Part shown: piece after piece, positions 31,589 to 40,124 of the stretch
Layout: each line of letters opens with the position of its first letter
Numbering within the stretch: the first letter of the stretch is position 1
Assembly (NCBI GenBank): GCA_963761305.1
Contig: CAVXGK010000002.1
Location: 544,001-608,000, forward strand
DNA from: an uncultured Gemmatimonadaceae bacterium
Lineage (GTDB): Bacteria > Gemmatimonadota > Gemmatimonadetes > Gemmatimonadales > Gemmatimonadaceae
DNA: 64,000 bases
Direction of reading: 5' to 3'
The notes under the pieces: model-generated
The model's input: only the letters and a program-made list of their open reading frames with translations
The model's database searches: none
What the model was told of the DNA's origin: nothing
Translations under genes and position numbers: made by a program

Positions 31589-31676
31589 TCGAAAGCTCGC
31601 GTCGCGCTTTGTGGGAAGTGGGGCGTAGCCCGCCCGGCTATCATTCCTCGGTCGCCAACAAGATACACACAGGCTC

Positions 31677-33488
31677 GTGTCACTGCTCCCGCCTCCGGCC
31701 ATTCCCTGGCAGATCACGGGCAATCATTGGATTGCCCTGCCGTGCATTCATCCGGCCGACGCGTCCATCCACGCCGTCGGCATGCTGCACCGCGGCGCGC
31801 GATCTGCCATCGAGTTCGCCGGCGGTGCGGAGTTCGTGGCCGGCAACGAGCCGCCGCTCGCCCGCCCCTCGGTCGGCGTGGATGGCGTACGCCACCGCCT
31901 CTCGGAGGTTCCCATCGCCTGGGAGCGCGCGCTCGGCTGGATCCCCACCTTCACGTGTACGGTCGCCGAGTGCCTGGTGCGCGGAACGATCTTCGCGCCG
32001 TACGGCCGCGATGCCGACGTCTCGGGCGCGGTGTACGCGCTGTCGATCGAGAATCGCGGCGGCGCGACGCGGTCGATCGAAGTATCGCTCGACGGCACGG
32101 CAGGGCACCGTCAGTTGCGCGTGCAGACGCCGCGCCCGTTCGAGGATGCGGTGCGCGTCATCCGCGGCGACTCGGGCGCCGTGCTGATCGAAGGGTCGTC
32201 GCTGCCCGGACTCGCGACGCTGGCGATCCTCCCCGACGGCGACGCCGACGTCGAGATCAACGGCGCGAATTTTTCGATCCGCCGGACGATCACCGTGGAC
32301 GCCGGCTCGCGCGAGCAGGTCGCGTTCTACTTCGCCGTCGGCCCGGAGCGCGACGGTGCGGAGTCCACGGCCACCGTGCTGCGACGACGCGGCTGGCGCG
32401 AGCTGCTCGCCGCCACGCGCGATGCGATCCAGGCGCTCGAGCAAACGTCGGGCAACGAGGCCATCGACCGGCTCATCAACCGAAATCTCTTGTTCGCGTA
32501 CTTCTACGCCGTCGGCCGAGCGCTCGACGACGCGCAGTACTATCTGGTTCGTTCGCGCGTGCCGTGGAATGGGCACGGCGTGACGGTTCGCGACTGGGAC
32601 GCGCTGTCGTGGACGATTCCGGCCGTGCAACTCGCCGACTCGGGGCTGGCGCGCGAGCTGCTGCTTCGCATGTGCGAGCTGCACGGCTACGCGCCGGGCC
32701 GCGGCGTGCACTACCTCGACGGCACGCTGTTCGAGCCGGGGTTTGCGCTCGAGGGCGTCGCCGGCTATCCGATCGCGACCGACCGCTACATCCGCGACAC
32801 CGGCGACGATCGGGTGGTCGACGAGCCGGTGCTCGCCGACACGTTGTATCTCGCCGCCGACGATCTCGAGGCGCGTCGCGACAAGCGCATCCCGCTGTAC
32901 TCGACGGAAGTGAGTCCGTCCGGCGCGCCGGCCGCACATCCGTACACGCTCCACGCCAACGCCACCGTCGCGCTCGCGCTGGATGTTCTGCGTCGCACGC
33001 TCGACGAAGAAACGGCCAAGGAGCTGCAGGATCCCGACGCGGTGCGCGCGGCGATTCACCGGCATTTTCTCATCGAGCATGCGGCGAAACAAGCGTCGGG
33101 TGCGGCAGCGACGGCCGGCGGCAAGTCGACCTTCGCGTCGTCGATCGATCTCGCCGGCGCGACGTCCGAAGCCGACGATCCCTCGGCGTCCGCGTTTTGG
33201 CTGCCGATCTACGAGGCGGTGCCGCGACAGGATTCCACCTATCGTCGCACGGTGAAGGCGATCGACGTCACGCCGCAGTCGCTCGTTCAGCAGTGCGCGC
33301 GGCTCATCGGGCCCGACGCGGCGAACGTGTTGCAGTGGCTGCGCCGCGCGCCGCTCGACGGCGGCCTCGCCGCCGAGGTGATCGACGCCGACGGCAAAGC
33401 GGTCGCGAATGGCGGCGACGCGTCGCTGTCCGGGCTCCTCGCGTGGACCGCGTGGTACGCCGTGCACGCACTCGGCGAGCGTCCCTGA
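31677..33488 (+). CDS. Hypothetical protein, possible (alpha/alpha)-barrel glycoside hydrolase (GH125/GH15-like)
   Basis: 603-aa ORF with beta-rich N-terminus and helical C-terminus containing a VRDWDA motif; family call is tentative. Confidence 0.55.
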   Translation: MSLLPPPAIPWQITGNHWIALPCIHPADASIHAVGMLHRGARSAIEFAGGAEFVAGNEPPLARPSVGVDGVRHRLSEVPIAWERALGWIPTFTCTVAECLVRGTIFAPYGRDADVSGAVYALSIENRGGATRSIEVSLDGTAGHRQLRVQTPRPFEDAVRVIRGDSGAVLIEGSSLPGLATLAILPDGDADVEINGANFSIRRTITVDAGSREQVAFYFAVGPERDGAESTATVLRRRGWRELLAATRDAIQALEQTSGNEAIDRLINRNLLFAYFYAVGRALDDAQYYLVRSRVPWNGHGVTVRDWDALSWTIPAVQLADSGLARELLLRMCELHGYAPGRGVHYLDGTLFEPGFALEGVAGYPIATDRYIRDTGDDRVVDEPVLADTLYLAADDLEARRDKRIPLYSTEVSPSGAPAAHPYTLHANATVALALDVLRRTLDEETAKELQDPDAVRAAIHRHFLIEHAAKQASGAAATAGGKSTFASSIDLAGATSEADDPSASAFWLPIYEAVPRQDSTYRRTVKAIDVTPQSLVQQCARLIGPDAANVLQWLRRAPLDGGLAAEVIDADGKAVANGGDASLSGLLAWTAWYAVHALGERP

Positions 33489-33508
33489 ACCGGGTATATT
33501 CTCAGGAC

Positions 33509-33581
33509 GCGGGAATAGCTCAGTTGGTAGAGCACAACCTTGCCAAGGTTGGGGTCGCGGGTTCGAGTCCCGTTTCCCGCT
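33509..33581 (+). tRNA. tRNA-Gly (GCC)
   Basis: GCGGGAA/TTCCCGC acceptor stem, TGGTAGA D-loop, TTGCCAA anticodon loop, GGTTCGAGTCC T-arm; CCA not encoded. Confidence 0.97.
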
Positions 33582-33694
33582 CTCGAGTGCGCGAAGGTGG
33601 ATGCGCGCGAGTTGTTCAAGGTTCGAGTATGTCCTCCCGACGCGTTGCGCTGGATGCGACGTACTGGTCCTACGTTCGCCGTTGGTGAGCGACG

Positions 33695-33778
33695 GCCAGG
33701 ATGGCGAAACGGGTAGACGCGAGGGACTTAAAATCCCTTTCCCGCAAGGGAGTCCCAGTTCGAGTCTGGGTCCTGGCA
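33695..33778 (+). tRNA. tRNA-Leu (TAA)
   Basis: GCCAGGA/TCCTGGC acceptor stem, AGGGA-CTTAAAA-TCCCT anticodon arm, long variable arm, GTTCGAGTC T-loop. Confidence 0.96.
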
Positions 33779-33820
33779 TAAGCACTTAGCATGCGTCATC
33801 TCATCTCGTTTCTCTCCGCT

Positions 33821-33841
33821 GGTCGCCATTTTGGTCACCAG
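33821..33841. repeat. Arm-type repeat GGTCGCCA-TTTT-GGTCACCAG (partner at 36495-36515)
   Basis: 19/21 identity to GGTGGCCATTTTGGTCGCCAG at 36495-36515. Confidence 0.75.
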
Positions 33842-33898
33842 TCTCGCGAAAAACGCGACTTCGACGCTCGCGGCCAACTTCTCGCCGAGGCTGAACCG

Positions 33899-34264
33899 AT
33901 GCATCCCGTCCCACGCGCAGTCACGCCGACCGCGTTCGCCCTCGCTCTGTCGTGCGCCGTCGCCTCGTCTGCGCTCGCCCAACTGGTCGGCGTCGAAGCG
34001 GGGGGCGGTTTCGGGACGAGCACAACCGCTGCACGCGAGTTCGTGCTCCACGGCTACGTGGTCGCTCGCCACGCGTTGTCAGGACGACTCGCCGTTGGCG
34101 TCGAGGGGTTGATTGACCGGAACAGCGAAAGCGTCTGCGTAGAGTTCTATCCATGCATCACGGTCGCGGAATCGATGCCGTCGAGCTTTCCGGACTTCTG
34201 GGTCCGCAACTGTACGTCCGCCAACCTCGCGCGCTGTACGCGGACCTCGACGACGCTGTCATGA
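33899..34264 (+). pseudogene. Probably truncated secreted beta-barrel-like protein
   Basis: Signal peptide ending SSALAQ and a few beta-strands, then runs into an unrelated out-of-frame sequence. Confidence 0.45.
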
Positions 34265-34841
34265 GCGACATAGTGACACGGTTTCTTTCTTCGCCTCGTG
34301 AGCCCAGCGCGTCCGGCGAGAAGGCGGTGATCGTTCGCTCACGACGGGCGTTGGATCGCGCCATCCGAGGCACTGGCTTCCCGGCATCCCTCGTCGCCGA
34401 ACACGTGAGGCCGAACACGTGAGGCCGAACACGCTGTACGGCGATCGGATCGAGCGCTTGGCCGTCGGCCATCGGATTCCGTACATCTCGCGCGCGCTTC
34501 GCGCACCCGGACGCGACGTTCTCGTTGATTGCGTCGCAATTGAACGCGGCGAACACACGCGCGACATCCGTGAAGTTGCTGGTCGGGTGACGCATGCGTT
34601 CTTCCTGTACCGTCGGCTGCGAGAGGCAATCCAAAGGCGCGCGAACACCGAAATCCGCACGGTCGGCGTCCTGTACGTGCCACCCGGCCAGAATCGACCG
34701 GACCTTGTGGATTTGAGAGAGTTGTACCGTGAGCAGTGGGCCCAACAGGGCGCGGACGTCATCGAGGGTTCACGCGACGAAGTTGTCGCGCCGCTCAAGG
34801 CACATGCCGAGTGGGCGCGCGAGGGGCAGAACGGGAGGTAA
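34153..34841 (+). pseudogene. Hypothetical gene frameshifted by a 14-bp tandem duplication
   Basis: ORFs 34153-34422 and 34419-34841 join into one frame if one GCCGAACACGTGAG copy is removed. Confidence 0.7.
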
Positions 34842-35275
34842 CTCGACGGAGGAAATCCGGCGGCAGGTGACGCAAGCCGACGGCGAGGGCGCACTTGATC
34901 GATTCCAACCTCTCGATATCATTAAAGTCTGGGCGCACTTCATGTCAGACCAAATCAGATCAGGTCAGGACAGATCAGCCCGTCAGACGTACGGTTCGCA
35001 CGATAAGGGCCCTCGTCCTTCTCCTTTTCTTCTTTTCCCGCCCAGATCAAACGAGCGGCCCGGCCTCGGGCCGCTCGTCGTTTCACCGTCTGAGAGGATC
35101 TCACCTCCGGGTCCCTGCGATGACGTCGGACCGGCGGGGTAATAGTTGGGATCGAGGAACGGGTGAGGTGGCATGCCGCCGAATGGCTCTCTTCTCGCTA
35201 TGGATGAGCATCGGGTCGCGTTGGCCGCGTGCTGTGACTGGTGTGCGCTCGCGCTGAACGCCGTGGCGAGGACTG

Positions 35276-36460
35276 ATGACTGACCTGCTTGGGCGGCGGC
35301 GGCGATGCGCGACCCCAACACTGGTCGTCGGCTGTTCCCTGATCGCAGCGTGCCACTGGTTTGAGTCGACTGCGGGGGACTATCACCCCACCACGTCCGC
35401 CGCGTGGCACGTGAGCGGTGTAGGGCGTGGTACGCCAGCGTTTGACGGATCGTTGGTGTACTTCATCGGCGGCGATCACTCGGTGTCCGCTCTGAACGGA
35501 ACTACGGGCGCACTTCTTTGGAAATCGGCGACCGGCAGCAGCGGGGCGCCACCCGCCGCTACCAGTAGCTGCCTCGTGTCGGACGCACTGGTCGTGTGCG
35601 GCGACGGTGGCGTCATCGCATTTCGACGCTCCGATGGGTCCCAGCAGTGGCGCTTCGACGGAAACGGGGATCATCCGGGGACCTTTCTCCTCCGAGCGAC
35701 GCACGGTCTCATTTTCACCGGCTCATCCGGGCATGGCACTATCTACGCGTTGGACGCCGCCACGGGCGCCATGAAGTGGGCGGCATTGACGCTCGGCACC
35801 GAACCGTCCGGAGCGAACGTTCCCAGCCTTGCCGTGGATTCCGATATCGTGGTGGGAACATTCTTAAACGGCGCGAATCCAATTGGCGGAGGCGTGATCG
35901 CGGTCGATGCCAACACGGGCGCCACCCGTTGGGTCACCCACTTTCCGCAGGCCGCCCCTGATTCGTCCTCGGGGGGGTATTCCGTCGCACTCTGGGAAAA
36001 CGTGGTTCTTGGCTCCAGCCTCGACGGAAAGATCTTCGTGTTGGATCGCGAAACGGGAACGATTCAGAGTTTCTTCCCCGGCGTCGGCCAGCGCGCGAAC
36101 GTCGTCGGAATCACAGGGCCGGTCGGCGAAGACTTTCGGTCGATTGTGGTATCAAGCTCGGTGCTCTTTGCTGGCTCGACCGGCAACTGGCTCGTCGCGT
36201 ACGACCTATTCGCGCACCGCGAGCTTTGGAGAATCGTGTCGCCGCTCGGCTCATTTGATGGATCGGCGCTTGTTACCGACGGTGCGAAGGTCTATGGGTT
36301 GATCGGGTTCGGTTATCTCACCGCCTTCTCCGCGACGAACCCACACGTCGACTGGACCTTCGGGGACCCGAATACGCCGATCTTTGGAGCAAGTTTCGCT
36401 GTATCGGCGGACGCCGTGTTCGGGACGGGACCGACCGGATTCTGGGCGATTCGAAAGTAG
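35276..36460 (+). CDS. PQQ-like (BamB-type) beta-propeller lipoprotein
   Basis: LIAAC lipobox; repeated ALNGTTGALLW / ALDAATGAMKW / AVDANTGATRW blades. Confidence 0.85.
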   Translation: MTDLLGRRRRCATPTLVVGCSLIAACHWFESTAGDYHPTTSAAWHVSGVGRGTPAFDGSLVYFIGGDHSVSALNGTTGALLWKSATGSSGAPPAATSSCLVSDALVVCGDGGVIAFRRSDGSQQWRFDGNGDHPGTFLLRATHGLIFTGSSGHGTIYALDAATGAMKWAALTLGTEPSGANVPSLAVDSDIVVGTFLNGANPIGGGVIAVDANTGATRWVTHFPQAAPDSSSGGYSVALWENVVLGSSLDGKIFVLDRETGTIQSFFPGVGQRANVVGITGPVGEDFRSIVVSSSVLFAGSTGNWLVAYDLFAHRELWRIVSPLGSFDGSALVTDGAKVYGLIGFGYLTAFSATNPHVDWTFGDPNTPIFGASFAVSADAVFGTGPTGFWAIRK

Positions 36461-36599
36461 AAACCGGCGTCCACCGATTCAGCCTCCTTTTGGAGGTGGC
36501 CATTTTGGTCGCCAGCGACACCGACGTAGATGGATTTTGCTAGATGTTCTTGGACACTCGGCTCGCTAGCGGGACTGCGCTATGAGAGGTCAAGGCCGT

Positions 36600-36652
36600 C
36601 TTAAAATCCCTTTCCCGCAAGGGAGTCCCAGTTCGAGTCTGGGTCCTGGCAT
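36600..36652 (+). repeat. att-core copy 2 (3' half of tRNA-Leu)
   Basis: Identical to 33727-33779. Confidence 0.97.
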
Positions 36653-36685
36653 CCCATTGCATCGCAGTAGCTTGGGAGCTCGCGT

Positions 36686-36886
36686 TCATGTCGCATCTCC
36701 AACAGCTCGAAGGGGCGATTGTCCCCCTTTTGTCCCCTTCGCCCGTTTCGGCGGCCTCGATTTCGGCTCGGTTTCCTCGATGACGGCGGGACCGGCCAGG
36801 TGCGTGGCGAGCTTGGCAACGCCCGCCGAAAGGTCGGCCTCGTTCACGATGTTGCAGCGGTCGAACACCTTCCGCGTCTTGTGGCC
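36686..36886 (-). pseudogene. C-terminal remnant of a tyrosine recombinase/integrase
   Basis: GHKTRKVFDRCNIVNEADL resembles the box-II GH...Y motif, with Cys (TGC) at the Tyr position; adjacent to att. Confidence 0.75.
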
Positions 36887-36888
36887 GC

Positions 36889-37169
36889 GGCGTACATCCG
36901 CTTGAGCTTCGCGTTCTCGGCTTCGAGCTCTCGGAGGCGGCGTAGCTCGGTCACGCTGGCCCCGCCGTACTTCGACTTCCAGTTGAAATAGGTCGGCCGA
37001 CTAATCCCGTACTTCCGAAGAATCTCCGCCACCGGCACGCCGGCCTCGCCCTCTTTCAGAATCGCGACGATCTGCGACTCCGTGAACCGCGACTTTCGCA
37101 TCGAGATGCCTCCCGTCAGGCACCCCCGAAAGTCTACTCTTTAGTGTCTATCCGATAGGGAAGCTTTCC
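36889..37169 (-). mobile_element. IS3-family remnant: left end plus truncated OrfA (ATG at 37101)
   Basis: MRKSRFTESQIVAILKEGEAG...YGIS..TYFNWKSKYGG...RLRELEAENAKLKRMYA; no OrfB. Confidence 0.9.
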
Positions 37170-37336
37170 GAAGCTTTCCTCTGCCATAGGAACCGAAACG
37201 TCGGCTTGATTACTGCAGCAAACAGACCGGTTCCTGAGCGTGGTGACCTAGAACCGTCCGGTGAGCGGATCGCTCGCGCTGGCTCTGATCGCGCGCTTTA
37301 AGAGGAGATGACCGGCAACCGAGACAATCGGTCCGA

Positions 37337-37567
37337 TCAGGGTGCGCGGAATTTCTTGGAGCCGTCCGGGAACATGCACGCAATGACCCTCCCCGGTGGG
37401 AGAGTGGCGGCGTAAACGGAGAGGGGGAATCGCCAGAGATAGTGGACGATCGAATCTCCCGCGAGTCGGCCCGTGAGTCGCCAGATGCCGACCCCGAACA
37501 CCACCCCTACGACGAGGGGTGCGATCAGCACCAGCCACAAGATCGGGTTCGCTTCCTTTCGAGTCAT
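37337..37567 (-). CDS. Small hypothetical membrane protein (possibly frameshifted)
   Basis: Hydrophobic N-terminal helix ILWLVLIAPLVVGVVFGVGIW. Confidence 0.4.
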   Translation of the reverse strand: MTRKEANPILWLVLIAPLVVGVVFGVGIWRLTGRLAGDSIVHYLWRFPLSVYAATLPPGRVIACMFPDGSKKFRAP

Positions 37568-37725
37568 TCGTGGAACGCTATCGCGCTACGCACACGGTTT
37601 TTCGCACTGACCGCACGTCCCAGTGGCATCGGCAGCTCAAGGTGTCGGCAGAGATTCGGGCGTTGCCACGGAAACCTGGCGACACCTGCGACACGCCACT
37701 GCGCTACGTCGACGTTGAGCGGCAC

Positions 37726-38244
37726 TTAAGGCATCAACGGCCGAGAAGGATTCACATTGACCCGCGTTCCCGCGACGATCGCCGGAGTCCGCGGAGTCAT
37801 CGTGCCGCAAGCACGGCCATCGACGCCTGATGAACCGGGGGCGCGTGACGCGAAATATTCGAACGCGTCACCGCGCCCTCGGATTCCTCGATCCTCGTAC
37901 ACTCTATCCAGCATTCGATCGATTGCCTTCCTGGCCGGAACGATGCCATGCATGACGGAAAGGCGCGCCTGCTCGCACCAGGCTAGTTGGACCAAGTCAC
38001 CCGGAGCGCGTGACTGTAATGCGACACGGTACAATGCGCGGAGTGAGTCCGTCCTAACGAGACGCGAGAGGGAGTCAAGCACGCTGGAGTCGCGCCGGTA
38101 CTGCCGGAGCAAAGCAGCGTGCGCGGAGTCCGGGGGCCGCGAGGAAGATGACGTCCGACACCCGCCACCGAGCATGGCGAAGATCATCGCCGCCCGCGGA
38201 ACGCGCGCCCACGCTCCAACTGAGACTAGTTGGGTGATTTGCAT
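37726..38244 (-). CDS. Hypothetical lipoprotein
   Basis: Hydrophobic stretch ending LGGGC, followed by a Ser-rich linker. Confidence 0.5.
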   Translation of the reverse strand: MQITQLVSVGAWARVPRAAMIFAMLGGGCRTSSSSRPPDSAHAALLRQYRRDSSVLDSLSRLVRTDSLRALYRVALQSRAPGDLVQLAWCEQARLSVMHGIVPARKAIDRMLDRVYEDRGIRGRGDAFEYFASRAPGSSGVDGRACGTMTPRTPAIVAGTRVNVNPSRPLMP

Positions 38245-38729
38245 TCGTTGTACAGGTCACCCACATAGCCGACTACGAGAGGTTGTAGACGACTAGCCAG
38301 GTAGTTGTTGTCCACATCGTGGATCTTCACCCCCCATTTTCTTTGGACAAATAGCGTCGTACCAGGGAACGCTGCGGCGATTGCAACGTCGGCCGAATCA
38401 GACGTTTCGTTAGTGAATCGGGGGGGCGGGTTCTGGTCCTCGTACGGCGGAAAATTGTTGGGAAGTCCAATCTGGAGAAGAATATCGTTCTTGATCGTCA
38501 AGCCGCGCAGGTAATCCTGATCAATGTTGAAGTTCTCTTTGTTGATCGACGCGGCCATCGACTCGGAACGCAGCGAGCAAAGGGACATCGGACCGATGCG
38601 AATCGGACCGGTCGGCGTCGGTTGAACTGCTTGCGGGCCTCCGGGGGCGGTAGCCAGCCAGGCGAATAGTGACGGACGCCATATTGCCGCCGGTTGAGCA
38701 AACGGCCGCGCGGTTCGCGCGTACCGCAT
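38226..38729 (-). CDS. Hypothetical protein (start uncertain, lower GC)
   Basis: C-terminal half has protein-like composition. Confidence 0.4.
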   Translation of the reverse strand: MRYARTARPFAQPAAIWRPSLFAWLATAPGGPQAVQPTPTGPIRIGPMSLCSLRSESMAASINKENFNIDQDYLRGLTIKNDILLQIGLPNNFPPYEDQNPPPRFTNETSDSADVAIAAAFPGTTLFVQRKWGVKIHDVDNNYLASRLQPLVVGYVGDLYNECKSPN

Positions 38730-38867
38730 GACTCGGGAGGTCGCTCACCCAGTGTGGATGCCGCTCCGCATCGGGGTGGAGCGGTCGCTCCGCTGCGCCA
38801 TCGAGCAAACTTGGCAACATGTAAATGGCGTTCGCCATGTGCCTGCGCTTACCAGCGCCGCGTTCAC

Positions 38868-39458
38868 TCACGGCAGGCGCAGCCCAACACTGATCGGGAC
38901 GAACCGAAGGCTCGCGTAAGGCAGCCTTTGGTAACGAGCCTCCACAAAGATCACTGCACGTGTCAGCGGTGCTTCGAGGCCTAGCGCCGCGTCGGGGCCG
39001 TTCATCCCGAGAATCGTATTCTGTCCTATCCCCGGCGGATGGCCTTGGTCAAGCCAATAGCGGCCGAATCCGAGCAATGCGTACGGGCGTATCGCGGTTT
39101 GCAGGTGGGGCGCTCGGAGGGCGAGATTCACGGTACCCGAAAACAATCGACTCGCGAGCGGCGTAGAGGTGACTGTCGTGTTCGTAACCGGGTCGAAACC
39201 TTCCAGCGGTTTGACGGCGAGCCCCTGATACCCTCCGTCGATCCGGATGGCGATCCACGAGACGGGCGTTCGTACCTCTGCGAGTCCGCTGAACTGAAAG
39301 CCGTTTCGGTACGAATCCCTACCAGACCCGGTGGGAACGCTCTCGCCCCCCGTAATCCCGAGCGAAACGGCGGACGGTTCGGATGTCTGAGCTGGTGCGA
39401 CGGCAGCGAGTGCGCTCGCCAGAACAAGGCTGAGCAACGTGGGGCGCATTACGGGCAT
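38868..39458 (-). CDS. Small outer-membrane beta-barrel protein
   Basis: Signal peptide (AVAPAQ), RPYALLGFG, FVEARYQ and terminal strand VPISVGLRL. Confidence 0.78.
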   Translation of the reverse strand: MPVMRPTLLSLVLASALAAVAPAQTSEPSAVSLGITGGESVPTGSGRDSYRNGFQFSGLAEVRTPVSWIAIRIDGGYQGLAVKPLEGFDPVTNTTVTSTPLASRLFSGTVNLALRAPHLQTAIRPYALLGFGRYWLDQGHPPGIGQNTILGMNGPDAALGLEAPLTRAVIFVEARYQRLPYASLRFVPISVGLRLP

Positions 39459-39926
39459 GGCGTGCCTCGGTGATGATTCCTCAATCGGTCGGAGGCAGCG
39501 TCGCACACCGGGTCGTCATTGTACCGCCCAATTACAAAGACAGGATCGGCCAGCGCAAGTACGCTAAAAAGTTCTTGTTGGAACGGTCCCGGCAGCCAAC
39601 TTGACGGTGCATTCGAGGCTTCAGATTGGAGGCTTGTCGAAAGGATCTCAGGGGCGCCATTGCGGGCGAGCGATTCGGCCAGCGGCTGCCACGAGATGTC
39701 GTCGGGCATTCGCCGACTCGTTCCAATGCGGAATGGCTCCCTCTCTTTCCGTGAAAGGCCGGACCTACAAGGCGACCTGTGCCTCGATGCGAGTTGAGAA
39801 CAACGCGACTGGCCGCCAAGGCGTCGCGCGTTTCTCGCGAATCCGTGCCTCCAAACATCGAAGCATCTGCCTCTGACACCGCGCGTAGTTACGCCTGACA
39901 ACGCATGCGAGAATGCCGTGATTGAG

Positions 39927-39978
39927 CTTAAATCCCTTTCCCGCAAGGGAGTCCCAGTTCGAGTCTGGGTCCTGGCAT
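39927..39978 (+). repeat. att-core copy 3 (3' half of tRNA-Leu, one A missing in the anticodon-loop run)
   Basis: CTTAAATCCCTTTCCCGCAAGGGAGTCCCAGTTCGAGTCTGGGTCCTGGCAT. Confidence 0.95.
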
Positions 39979-40124
39979 CGTCCGACCGATGCATGAGTAG
40001 CGTGAATCGATTCACGCGACCGCTCGACCGTGTTGCGCGCAACGAGGGGCCCGCGACCAACGCGGACCCCTCGCCGTACTACGACACGCCTGGACTTCTT
40101 CCGGCGTGTCCTAGAAAAGAACGA

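Larger units (their letters stand above)
33727..36652. mobile_element. Islet 1 integrated in tRNA-Leu; no integrase retained
   Basis: 53-bp identical direct repeats at 33727-33779 and 36600-36652; matching arm-like repeats near both ends. Confidence 0.85.
36600..39978. mobile_element. Islet 2 integrated at the tRNA-Leu att; degraded
   Basis: Bounded by att copies 2 and 3; contains integrase and IS3 remnants and lower-GC cargo. Confidence 0.8.

Noticed and set aside
36600..36652. Additional tRNA-Leu genes at 36600 and 39927
   Set aside because: Only the 3' half is present; the acceptor 5' strand and D-arm are missing, so these are att scars
39449..40060. 203-aa minus-strand ORF
   Set aside because: Runs through att copy 3 and has no motif; at most a decayed fragment
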